DNA of 64,000 nt from a virus. The DNA is taken from positions 36,520-100,519 of the IMG/VR virus record IMGVR_UViG_3300049844_000277; one strand, given 5' to 3'. This document shows positions 25,431 to 34,143 of this stretch, piece after piece; position 1 is the stretch's first letter, and each line of letters begins with the position of its first letter. Made by a program: the position numbers and the translations under genes. The notes below the pieces were generated by a model that was given only the letters and a program-made list of their open reading frames with translations, ran no database searches and had not been told where the DNA came from.

Positions 25431-27488
25431 ATGCCGGAAATTTCCCTCGAACAAATAAACGGAACCGCCGTATTCACTTCGGCGGGTATGCTTCCGGGTC
25501 TAGAACGCGTTCACGCAGGAATGCTGGATGTAGATAAAAAACGCTGGTGGTTTCCAGCGTATCCTCCGTTCGGACTTCTAGCAATTAACGACCTAAAAAA
25601 AATCATAAAAGGAGTCTCGTTCTCGAAAGAAGCGATACAACAAATTGACTTCTTGGAATCCGTCCCAGAGAGATTAACAAAACGTACCCTACCAGAGGGC
25701 TTTCAATTTATCACGCAGCCGTTCGAGCACCAGATTGACGTTCTCACACACGCGCTTCACTATCCGCGCTTCGCCCTCTATCTCGATCCGGGAACCGGTA
25801 AAAGCAAGATAATGGTTGACCTCAAACGCTGCTTCCCGGACGAGCGTATGTTGGTCATCACACCCAAAGTTACTGTAGTCAATTGGGTTAGAGAAGCAGC
25901 TCAACATTCTGGAAATACTCTTAAAGCCGTAGCGCTTCAAGGTACTCCAGAACAAAAAAGAGATATCATTCGAAGGTATAAGGAGTACGATATAATCATA
26001 GCATCTTATGGAACAGCAAGGAACTTGGGATATCCCCGACTGTATCCTGAAACCTTAAAAGCGTTGAAGGCGGCTACGGAAGCAGGAACCCCTCTCACAG
26101 AGAGCGGCCTTGCAACGTTGGTAAGGGGGATTCGTTTTATTTCGGATCCAGGTAGACAATTTGATTTAGCTTTGGCGTGGGCACTCGGTGCTCCAATAGC
26201 ACGAGTATGTGCGTGGGCTGAGGAAGAATCAAAAAAAGAACCACAGTGGTTGAAAGATATTGACTTCAAAATAATAGTAGCGGACGAAAGTCAAAACCTT
26301 AACAATACGTCAGCTGACCAAACAAAAGCCGCACTAGCGTTATCTAAGCAAGCGCCGCGAAGATATTTGATGTCAGGTACTCCAACTCTCGGAGACCCGC
26401 GACATCTCTACGCGCAGATGAAGTTTCTTTCGCCGGCCATCATTCCGGAAAACTGGTTACAGTTTTCAGATATGTTCTTAGTGCGAAGCACCTACAACAA
26501 AAAAATCGTAACAGGGTTCAAGAATATAAATATCCTGAACGAGCGCGTAAACAGAGTAGCAATTCGTAAGACAAAAGAGGAGTGTCTCGATCTTCCTCCG
26601 AGAACAATCATCGACGTTCCGGTGGACTTGTCGAACGAGCAGAAAAAGCTTTACAACAAGATGGTCGAAGAGATGCAGATTGATTTGCAGGATTTCTTCG
26701 ACTCAGAAAGTACTTTAGCTGTACAAAATGCTGCGGTTCTCTTGAACAAGTTGGCACAAGTTACGTCGGGTTTTATCATCGACAGCCAGCGTAAAACTGA
26801 CCTCTGCGACACCTGTATTCACCTAGTAAAGTGCGTCGATTCAAACATCCAGCCATATACAGAACGTTGCCAGGTTGTACAAAAGAGTCCGCCTGGAAGT
26901 GTGAATCTTCTTAAAGAAAACCCAAAGCTAACTATCCTCGACGGACTGCTGGATGAAATCTTAGTGAATGAAACCTCAAAAGTAATTATTTGGGGCCAAT
27001 ATCACGCCGAACTCGATTCAATAGAGGAGCTATTACAAAAGAAGAAAATTACTCTGGTGCGTGGTGGAGAAGGGAATATTCAGAAGAGAATAGATACGTT
27101 CAACCTCGACCCAGACTGTCGCGTATACCTCAGTCACGTAGCAACTGGTGTAGGTATTACTCTGAACTCTGCCGCGTACATGATTTTTTATGCGCTCCCT
27201 TGGTCACTGGGACATTATCTTCAAGCTATCGACCGAAACTTCAGAGCCGGACAGAAGATGAAGACCGTCGTATATAGGTTGATCGCCGCAGATACTGTAG
27301 ATTACTTCAAAGCATTAGCGCTCTCTGAGAAAAAAGATTTGAGCGCTATGTTGACCAATAAGATCGCGTGCGCTACGTGCACTCACGCGCAGAAATGCCT
27401 GCAAAACAATATTGAGGTATTTGAACCTGGCTGCATATATCAACGAAACGTCAAACGTACTATAGCGAAGGCGAGGGTACTCGAATGA
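25431..27488 (+). CDS. SNF2-family (Rad54-like) DNA helicase/translocase with inserted Cys cluster
   Basis: Walker A LDPGTGKS; motif II VADESQNL; motif III LMSGTPTLG; C-terminal helicase motifs GVGITLNSAAYMIFY and QAIDRNFRAGQK. Insert CDTCIHLVKC. Confidence 0.85.
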   Translation: MPEISLEQINGTAVFTSAGMLPGLERVHAGMLDVDKKRWWFPAYPPFGLLAINDLKKIIKGVSFSKEAIQQIDFLESVPERLTKRTLPEGFQFITQPFEHQIDVLTHALHYPRFALYLDPGTGKSKIMVDLKRCFPDERMLVITPKVTVVNWVREAAQHSGNTLKAVALQGTPEQKRDIIRRYKEYDIIIASYGTARNLGYPRLYPETLKALKAATEAGTPLTESGLATLVRGIRFISDPGRQFDLALAWALGAPIARVCAWAEEESKKEPQWLKDIDFKIIVADESQNLNNTSADQTKAALALSKQAPRRYLMSGTPTLGDPRHLYAQMKFLSPAIIPENWLQFSDMFLVRSTYNKKIVTGFKNINILNERVNRVAIRKTKEECLDLPPRTIIDVPVDLSNEQKKLYNKMVEEMQIDLQDFFDSESTLAVQNAAVLLNKLAQVTSGFIIDSQRKTDLCDTCIHLVKCVDSNIQPYTERCQVVQKSPPGSVNLLKENPKLTILDGLLDEILVNETSKVIIWGQYHAELDSIEELLQKKKITLVRGGEGNIQKRIDTFNLDPDCRVYLSHVATGVGITLNSAAYMIFYALPWSLGHYLQAIDRNFRAGQKMKTVVYRLIAADTVDYFKALALSEKKDLSAMLTNKIACATCTHAQKCLQNNIEVFEPGCIYQRNVKRTIAKARVLE

Positions 27489-27931
27489 GATTAATCCTAG
27501 AAAAAAACGAAATCGTCGCCATCTTGGGAAAACATTTCGACGTTGAACTAGACCCCGAAAAAGTAATCATCAAAACAGACCCGCTAGAAATCGAAGTAAG
27601 CGGAATTCCCATGACCGACGCACAACCACGAGAAGAAACGAATGTTGTAACGCTAAGGTCTGGACCAGGAACATATTCAGCGGTGAAGAGCTCTGCGGTG
27701 GATCCAACGGACATCGTCAAAAAGCGAGATGACCCCGACGCTACGACGGAACCGCCTACACCAGGAGACGATGACTTGGGCGGTCCGGGACAAGACTTAC
27801 ACCCGGCAGCAGTCCTTGCGGCATCAAAAGCTCTCGAGCGACAACTCGAACAAGAGAATCCCCTCCTTAAGAGACGAGCCGGACGAGGAACCTCTCGCGC
27901 ACCTGAAGGATTTGAAAACGAGATTACGTGA
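27485..27931 (+). CDS. Hypothetical acidic protein (148 aa)
   Basis: ORF with start/stop overlaps to both neighbours (translational coupling). Confidence 0.45.
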   Translation: MRLILEKNEIVAILGKHFDVELDPEKVIIKTDPLEIEVSGIPMTDAQPREETNVVTLRSGPGTYSAVKSSAVDPTDIVKKRDDPDATTEPPTPGDDDLGGPGQDLHPAAVLAASKALERQLEQENPLLKRRAGRGTSRAPEGFENEIT

Positions 27932-28833
27932 TGACCAAAGGCAACGTTCTGGAACAACCTCACGCGACGGGCCCGAAACCCTCACGTACACAAAAACTGT
28001 TACATCAATTAAACGTTAAGGAAGACTTTCTAGACCTTAAGCTACCCAAAGGTTTTTTCTCAAACTCGCAGTACAACAGCTGGCTAATTTGCGGTCGAGC
28101 ATACGAGTTTAAGTACGTAGAGCAAGTTCCTACGCCTGAGTACGCCTCAACAAGCCGTGGAAACGCTGTGCACGCGGGCGTAGAGCACATGCTTCGAGCG
28201 AAGCTCGCTAGCAAGCACACGACAGTAGAGGAAGGTAGAGAAGTAGTAAGTAAGGTATTCGACGAAAAAGCAAAAGGCGTTGTTGATTGGGGCGAAGAAG
28301 AACCCGGTAAGATTAAAGACGTAGCCATACGACTATTTAACACCTACGCAACATACGGATTACCGAAGGTCAATCCCATAGGGATCGAAGAAGGATTCGC
28401 GAAAAAAGTAGGTGACGTACCGATGGTTGGGTGGGTAGATTTAATCGACGAACAACCCGCCGTAGTAACCGCCAACATGGCGGAAGAGGATGCCGCACTA
28501 GCTCCAACACGCTTAATCACCGCAGACCTAAAAACCGGAAAAGCGAAATGGAGCGAAAAGGAAGTAGCACTTGACCCACAGCTGACTCTGTACTCATACG
28601 TAGTCGGAACACCTTATGTGCGTGTCGACCAACTCATCGACCACAAAAAGGCACCGACATTTCTTCAAGCTAACAGCACAAGAACTCCCCGAGATGCTGA
28701 AATTTTGGTAGAGCACGTCAACGAAGTAGCTGACTTCGTAAGAAAAGGAATCTTCCCAAAAACACACATTGATAATTGGGCATGCGACTCCGGGCATTGT
28801 TCGTTCTGGGATCTGTGTAGAGGAAAAAGATAA
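27928..28833 (+). CDS. PD-(D/E)XK nuclease of the RecB/Cas4 family (301 aa) with C-terminal Cys cluster
   Basis: GWVDLIDEQ...ITADLKTGK (DxKTG signature of RecB-family nuclease domains) and C-terminal CDSGHCSFWDLC. Confidence 0.7.
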   Translation: MMTKGNVLEQPHATGPKPSRTQKLLHQLNVKEDFLDLKLPKGFFSNSQYNSWLICGRAYEFKYVEQVPTPEYASTSRGNAVHAGVEHMLRAKLASKHTTVEEGREVVSKVFDEKAKGVVDWGEEEPGKIKDVAIRLFNTYATYGLPKVNPIGIEEGFAKKVGDVPMVGWVDLIDEQPAVVTANMAEEDAALAPTRLITADLKTGKAKWSEKEVALDPQLTLYSYVVGTPYVRVDQLIDHKKAPTFLQANSTRTPRDAEILVEHVNEVADFVRKGIFPKTHIDNWACDSGHCSFWDLCRGKR

Positions 28834-28836
28834 GAG

Positions 28837-29439
28837 ATGTACTGTGCTACATGTAATACTGACTTACCAGAATCCGCGTTCGGAGATAGAGCAGAAACAG
28901 CCTCTGGAAAACGATATTATTGTCGAAAATGCGGAACCAAGAAAAACGTACACTGGCGAAAAAAGAAAGCGGCAGAAGGTTTCTGCTATTCATGCGGTAA
29001 GCGAAAACCTCTTAAAAATAAAACACGGTGTAGGCGTTGCATAGCAATAGCGAAAAAAAGATATCTTGAGAAAACACCTGAAATGCACGCGGAAGCGAAC
29101 CTGAAACAACGAACCAGGTTGGCCGCATTAAAACGGGAAGTTTACGCCGCGTACGGCGGTTATCGCTGCGCCTGTTGTGGTGAAAAACACGAAGAATTCT
29201 TGAGTATTGATCACATAGAAGGAAACGGTAAGCAGCACCGGAAGGAAGTAGGCAGTGGGGGACGCGGTAGTGCGTTGTACAGGTGGCTAAAGAAAAATAA
29301 TTTTCCACCGGGGTTCCAGATTCTGTGCATGAACTGTAACTTTGCGATAGGACACTACGAATCGTGCCCACACAACCCCACGGTAAAAAGAGTAGTTAAA
29401 CGCAGAAGAACCAGGGAACACACATGGCCATCAAGATGA
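28837..29439 (+). CDS. HNH endonuclease with N-terminal zinc ribbons
   Basis: CACCGEKHEEFLSIDHIEGNGKQHRK...ILCMNCNFAIGH (Cys/His-box with HNH spacing); N-terminal CxxC...CxxC ribbons. Confidence 0.7.
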   Translation: MYCATCNTDLPESAFGDRAETASGKRYYCRKCGTKKNVHWRKKKAAEGFCYSCGKRKPLKNKTRCRRCIAIAKKRYLEKTPEMHAEANLKQRTRLAALKREVYAAYGGYRCACCGEKHEEFLSIDHIEGNGKQHRKEVGSGGRGSALYRWLKKNNFPPGFQILCMNCNFAIGHYESCPHNPTVKRVVKRRRTREHTWPSR

Positions 29440-29789
29440 GCATGAAGTGTACTCGTTGTCACCGCGAAGACATCCTCGAGCTGGAGACGCTCGCGGAAGC
29501 CACTGCTCTGGAGGAGCACCAGAAGCGTAAGGCGGTTGTGCTGAAGAAGCTCAAGGACTTCGTAGGAAGTCTTCCCGCAGAAGACCTCCCGGATTTCTTC
29601 GCGGTCCTAGGGGACAAGGTTCTGATTCACGACTACCTGTGCGACCCACAGGATGACTCAAAGCGCTCCTGCGCTAGTCGCGTAAGTGACTTGCTCGCGG
29701 GTGTGAACGAACTCGGCGAGCGTAAGCCGAGAACGAAGAAGGAAAAGGAAAAGGAAAAGGAAAAGGAAAAGACTCCGCAAGCGGCGTAA
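29424..29789 (+). CDS. Hypothetical protein with C-terminal (EK)n repeat (121 aa)
   Basis: ORF ending ...RKPRTKKEKEKEKEKEKTPQAA, encoded by a GGAAAA hexamer tract. Confidence 0.4.
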   Translation: MAIKMSMKCTRCHREDILELETLAEATALEEHQKRKAVVLKKLKDFVGSLPAEDLPDFFAVLGDKVLIHDYLCDPQDDSKRSCASRVSDLLAGVNELGERKPRTKKEKEKEKEKEKTPQAA

Positions 29790-29793
29790 GCGT

Positions 29794-30003
29794 ATGAAAG
29801 AGAGGATCCCTGTGCCGGATACTGAAAAATATGGCGTTGAAGAAGTAGAAAACGCGGAAAAGCTGGCGGAGGAAAACCTAAATACGTGTCCTCGATGCCG
29901 GAGTAAACTTCGTCCGCGCGACGTCACAGGGATCCTCTTGTGTTTGAAATGTGGTACCTTACCTTTTGAGGCTACGGACCATGGCACTCCGAAGTCTCGC
30001 TAA
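29794..30003 (+). CDS. Small zinc-ribbon protein (69 aa)
   Basis: CPRCRSKL...CLKCG four-Cys ribbon. Confidence 0.4.
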   Translation: MKERIPVPDTEKYGVEEVENAEKLAEENLNTCPRCRSKLRPRDVTGILLCLKCGTLPFEATDHGTPKSR

Positions 30004-30275
30004 AAATTCGGCTAGAGTTCAGCGAAAACTAGCCGCGCAGCAGCATCTCATCTACAAGCTCAAAGCCATACGAGCTTTATGGGTTACAGCCCATAATACG
30101 CCGCAGGCGATTGAGAAAATGGAACGAGAGTTTCTTTTTCTTGTAGGTGAGATAGTGGAAGGTACCCCTGTAGAAAAACTTGTTATGATCAACATAAACA
30201 AGTCAGCCTTTCTACGGGAATTTAACGACGGATAGCGTTCCCATTCAGCTAAAACACCGTACATGGAGGAGCCAC

Positions 30276-31250
30276 ATGGCTGCCGCCGAAAAACCTGTAT
30301 TGCCTACGTGGACCAAACCGAACCTCGTGACTATTGAACCAACACCGAGGAACCCTCCGAAGCTCATTGAACTCGCGGTCAAGGATATCCTCACGAAAGC
30401 GGGAGACAATATCCGAACAGGAGAACTTCCCGATATTGAAGAGCTTGCCAAGAGTATCAAAGCCGAAGGATTGCTAGAACCAATCATCGTTACTGCCGCA
30501 GAGACGCCGGGAAAGTACTCGGTGATTGCAGGGCACCGCCGACTGACCGCCGTTCGAAGCTTGGGCGAAGAATCTGTCCCTGCGTTGGTAGTAGATGCGG
30601 ATAGCAATCGACGCATCAAGCTAGCGCTCATCGAAAACATCCAACGAAAGGACATGGCTCCGTTGGATAAAGCGAAGGCGTTCGCGAAGCTCATCAAAAA
30701 TACAGGGCTGGAGCAGCAGCAAGTGGCTCAGGCTATCGGAGTTGCCCCAGGATACGTCTCACAATATTTGACTCTCCTCGCGCTACCGGAATCAGCTATC
30801 TCTGCGCTTCGAGATGAAACGCTTTCATTCACACAAGCGCGAGTTCTTTGCCGACTACTTCCGCACATAAAAGAAATCGACGCCCTAGTACTCGAAGCCT
30901 CCAACCTTACCGCTGCCGCGATGGAGACAAAGGTTGCGCATATCCTTGGGACGCTCAAAGCATCGAAAGCTGAAGCTGAAGCTGAAGCCGATGCTGAAGA
31001 TGATAAGGTAAACCCTGAGGATGCGGACGGACGTCCGAAGAAGAAGAGAGTAGCTAAGACCGTGGTACCCGATAAAGCAGTCGAGTATTACGCCGAAGCG
31101 GACTTCCATCCGCTCAAGAAAGAAGACATTCGGGAACTGATGGTCAGCTACAAGCGAAAAGAAGTAAACGCTGAGAGCGAGAAAAAGAGAGAAGAGTATC
31201 GCCTGATTCTCAAGGGAATCACGTTAGCAGCGGATCTTCGTCTTAAGTGA
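30276..31250 (+). CDS. parB: ParB/Spo0J-like partition or nuclease-domain protein
   Basis: ParB-box IAGHRRLTAVRSLG; LIENIQRKDMAPLDKAKAF; HTH GLEQQQVAQAIGVAPGYVSQYLTLL. Confidence 0.8.
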   Translation: MAAAEKPVLPTWTKPNLVTIEPTPRNPPKLIELAVKDILTKAGDNIRTGELPDIEELAKSIKAEGLLEPIIVTAAETPGKYSVIAGHRRLTAVRSLGEESVPALVVDADSNRRIKLALIENIQRKDMAPLDKAKAFAKLIKNTGLEQQQVAQAIGVAPGYVSQYLTLLALPESAISALRDETLSFTQARVLCRLLPHIKEIDALVLEASNLTAAAMETKVAHILGTLKASKAEAEAEADAEDDKVNPEDADGRPKKKRVAKTVVPDKAVEYYAEADFHPLKKEDIRELMVSYKRKEVNAESEKKREEYRLILKGITLAADLRLK

Positions 31251-31259
31251 AGAGATTCA

Positions 31260-32093
31260 CTACTCAAGAAAAACATCTTGAGACGTTTCTACTTGATTTG
31301 CCAATAAGTATGTCTTGATTTGCGCGAGAGTGTCCTTCTTAATCTGCCGGACACGTTCAGAAGATAAATCTACTCTTCTGGAAATCTGCCGGAGATTTTT
31401 AGGCTCTTCTCTCGCGCCGTAATACGCCAGGACAATATATTTATCTCGTTCGCGTAGAGATAAGTTATCTAACGCACGACGTAACATAGTAAGGCCGTAC
31501 GTATTCACTAAATCACGTTCTAAGCTCACATCGCAGTGTCCAGCTACGTCAATAGCGCCAACAGCATCCAACGTAACGTGCGGCTGCTCTACATCAACAC
31601 CGCCACCACTCTTACGTTGCGCTCTTAACGCTTTCTGCTTATGGGCAGGGACACGAATAATTCCTTGACTATCTAACTCCTCTAGTATTTTCTCGCGAAC
31701 CCACCACGCAGCGTATGTAAGAAACTTAGTATTGCGTGAGGTATCAAAACGATCCGCCGCGACTAGAAGTCCTACGTTACCGGCGGATATCAGTGACGTC
31801 AATAGTTCGTTGTCGAACTTTGGTCCCTTAGTGCGATAAGCATATTCTTTCGCTACTTTCACAACAAAGCGAAGGGCTCCCGAAATAAGTCGATCACGCG
31901 CTTTAAAGTTTCGCGGAGTATTACACCTAGGACATCGGGTAGCTGAAGATCCCAAGCTATACGAAGACCTGCACGCAGAACAAGTGCGGTAGGCCTTTAC
32001 TAGATCGCGTTCCTCTCGTTGAGGAATGAATTCATTACCACGTAAATCAGCGAAATAAGCCGAGACTACACGGTCATTGTCCATTGGGTTCAT
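31260..32093 (-). CDS. Sigma-70 family RNA polymerase sigma factor with N-terminal zinc-ribbon insertion
   Basis: Region 2.2 GNVGLLVAADRFD; region 2.3/2.4 FLTYAAWWVREKILEEL; region 4 LSLRERDKYIVLAYYG...LRQISRRVDLSSERVRQIKKDTLAQIK. Inserted CSACRSS...CPRCN. Confidence 0.8.
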   Translation of the reverse strand: MNPMDNDRVVSAYFADLRGNEFIPQREERDLVKAYRTCSACRSSYSLGSSATRCPRCNTPRNFKARDRLISGALRFVVKVAKEYAYRTKGPKFDNELLTSLISAGNVGLLVAADRFDTSRNTKFLTYAAWWVREKILEELDSQGIIRVPAHKQKALRAQRKSGGGVDVEQPHVTLDAVGAIDVAGHCDVSLERDLVNTYGLTMLRRALDNLSLRERDKYIVLAYYGAREEPKNLRQISRRVDLSSERVRQIKKDTLAQIKTYLLANQVETSQDVFLE

Positions 32094-32206
32094 TTTTAAA
32101 CGATCCTCGTTTTAGTGCTGGAAATAGTCAGAAGCTGGGAGTAAGGTGCCCGAGCAATCAACGCAACGAAACCAACAACTAATCCACAAATCAAGAAAGC
32201 ATAACA

Positions 32207-33250
32207 ATGGCTAAGAACAAAGACGTGACCCCCGCCGCGGAACCGGCCGTAATCGTTAATCCGCCGAACGCGACTTCCGCTATCGTCAAAACTGAAGAAA
32301 GCGGGTCTTCGGAGTTCGCTGCGCGCAAAGCTTTGGCCATGCGACTACCCGAAGCCATTCGACCTCGGGCCATGATGTTGAAGCGTCCTACGCCGAATGA
32401 GCTCATGGAGATTGTCATGAACCTTCCTGAGAATAGCCAGGAAGCGATGATGACTCTGGTGGCCAAGACTAACCCAGAGAAGCAGGGGTTGCACACCTCG
32501 TCTAGCGGCTTCGAGCCAACCGCGTTGAAGGTTTACCACGGTACCGGTAACGACCCCATTAGACCCCGACAAACGCTCCCAGGTCAATTCTACTCCGCGG
32601 ACTCTCGGGTTATCGGTGAGAAGTTCAACGCCGTTCCTCTGGCAATCTATGAGGGACACATCCTATGGCCAGAGAAGACCAAGGATTCCAACGAGAGTAA
32701 AGCACCTATCTGCGTTTCAGTCGACCGTAGGATGGGGAGCAAATACGGAAACTGCGACGCTTGTCCGCTTCACCCAAACCTTCGTCCGTATGCGCAGGGT
32801 GGGTGCATGCGAGAAATAACTGTGTACCTCCTCGACCAAGACATGACGTCCATCTACGAGCTCAAGTTCAGTAAGACGAGCGAGGGTGCCGGTAAGGCGC
32901 TCATGGGTGTCATGAAGAAGTCCAACTTCCTCTGGGAGCGCTGGTTTACCTTCGAGGCGAAGGAGCGAGTCGACAAGGGTAACAAGTGGTACATCATTCA
33001 GTCTAGTCCTGTTGCCGATGCTACAAAGGCAATCACGGATACGAAGTTCCATCCGCTATTCAACGCGCTCTCAAAGGTCATTGACGCGGACATCTACTAC
33101 ACGCAGATGGCGAACATCTATGACCGCGCTCGTAACAGTCCTGACTCGAGTGAATCGGTGGTAAACGCCACCCCGGTCGTAGCGTTCGATGAGAAGGCGT
33201 TTCTGAAGAGCGATACCGACGCCGTCCCGGATTACTCCAAGAACGTCTAA
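32207..33250 (+). CDS. Hypothetical protein (347 aa)
   Basis: Long intact ORF in the replication module; CDACPLHP...GGCM Cys motif; no assignable family. Confidence 0.5.
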   Translation: MAKNKDVTPAAEPAVIVNPPNATSAIVKTEESGSSEFAARKALAMRLPEAIRPRAMMLKRPTPNELMEIVMNLPENSQEAMMTLVAKTNPEKQGLHTSSSGFEPTALKVYHGTGNDPIRPRQTLPGQFYSADSRVIGEKFNAVPLAIYEGHILWPEKTKDSNESKAPICVSVDRRMGSKYGNCDACPLHPNLRPYAQGGCMREITVYLLDQDMTSIYELKFSKTSEGAGKALMGVMKKSNFLWERWFTFEAKERVDKGNKWYIIQSSPVADATKAITDTKFHPLFNALSKVIDADIYYTQMANIYDRARNSPDSSESVVNATPVVAFDEKAFLKSDTDAVPDYSKNV

Positions 33251-33288
33251 GCAATTATCGTCGTAACTAACAGGAGGGCGGGGCTCAT

Positions 33289-34128
33289 TTGAGCTCCGCT
33301 CTACCTGTCTGTGTCATTACAAAGGACGCGCACATGTCTTTACCCCTGCCCGAGTACGTACTGAAAGGCATGCCGTGGTCCATCTCTAAGGCGGGGGTAG
33401 TATCTAAGTGCTCCCAGCAATACGAATACAAATACGGCCCGCTAAGAAGAACGTACATTGAAGAAACGTCTTCTTCTGAGGAGAGCCGTATCGGAATCGC
33501 AGTACACCAAGCACTAGAGTTCAGCTTAGACAGGATTCCTGTAAAGCAAGCCTTCCAATTCGCCGCCGACAAGAATGAGCTCACGACTAACGAAGTAGAA
33601 AAGATCAAAAGTTTCTACGACCAAGTCACTCGCTTCGTCGCGTTCATCGAACGCTTTAAGGCAAAGTACGGAGTAAAGCCACAAAACGTACTCATCGAAT
33701 ACCGGATGGGGTTATCTCCGGAGTTCAAGCATACGTCATTCAACGATGACAGCGGACTATTCCGGGGCGTAATAGATTTGATGATGATAACCGAACAAGG
33801 TGACGCGGTAATCATCGACCACAAAACCGGAAAACAAAAAGAGATGTCGATGTACGAGGACCAGTGCAAAGCTTACTGCATCCTTGCTTTAGCCCTGCGC
33901 CCTGAACTCAAGGGAGTTCAAACAGCGATCAACTTCGTACAAACCGACCAGGTTAAGTGGAACTCCCGAGTAACCGCGGAAACTATCCGTGAAAAGTACT
34001 ACCCATGGCTCGTCGATTTCCTAACGCAAGCCTGTGCTGCGCTACAGAATCCTCCCCAGCCTAATGAGGGTTGGTGGTGTGGCTGGTGTGGATACAAAGA
34101 TACGTACTGCCCCAAATTCAAAAAATAA
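33289..34128 (+). CDS. Second PD-(D/E)XK RecB/Cas4-like nuclease (279 aa) with C-terminal Cys cluster
   Basis: GVIDLMMITEQGDAVIIDHKTGK (DxKTG signature) and C-terminal WWCGWCGYKDTYC. Confidence 0.65.
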   Translation: MSSALPVCVITKDAHMSLPLPEYVLKGMPWSISKAGVVSKCSQQYEYKYGPLRRTYIEETSSSEESRIGIAVHQALEFSLDRIPVKQAFQFAADKNELTTNEVEKIKSFYDQVTRFVAFIERFKAKYGVKPQNVLIEYRMGLSPEFKHTSFNDDSGLFRGVIDLMMITEQGDAVIIDHKTGKQKEMSMYEDQCKAYCILALALRPELKGVQTAINFVQTDQVKWNSRVTAETIREKYYPWLVDFLTQACAALQNPPQPNEGWWCGWCGYKDTYCPKFKK

Positions 34129-34143
34129 CCGCACGAGCTACTC

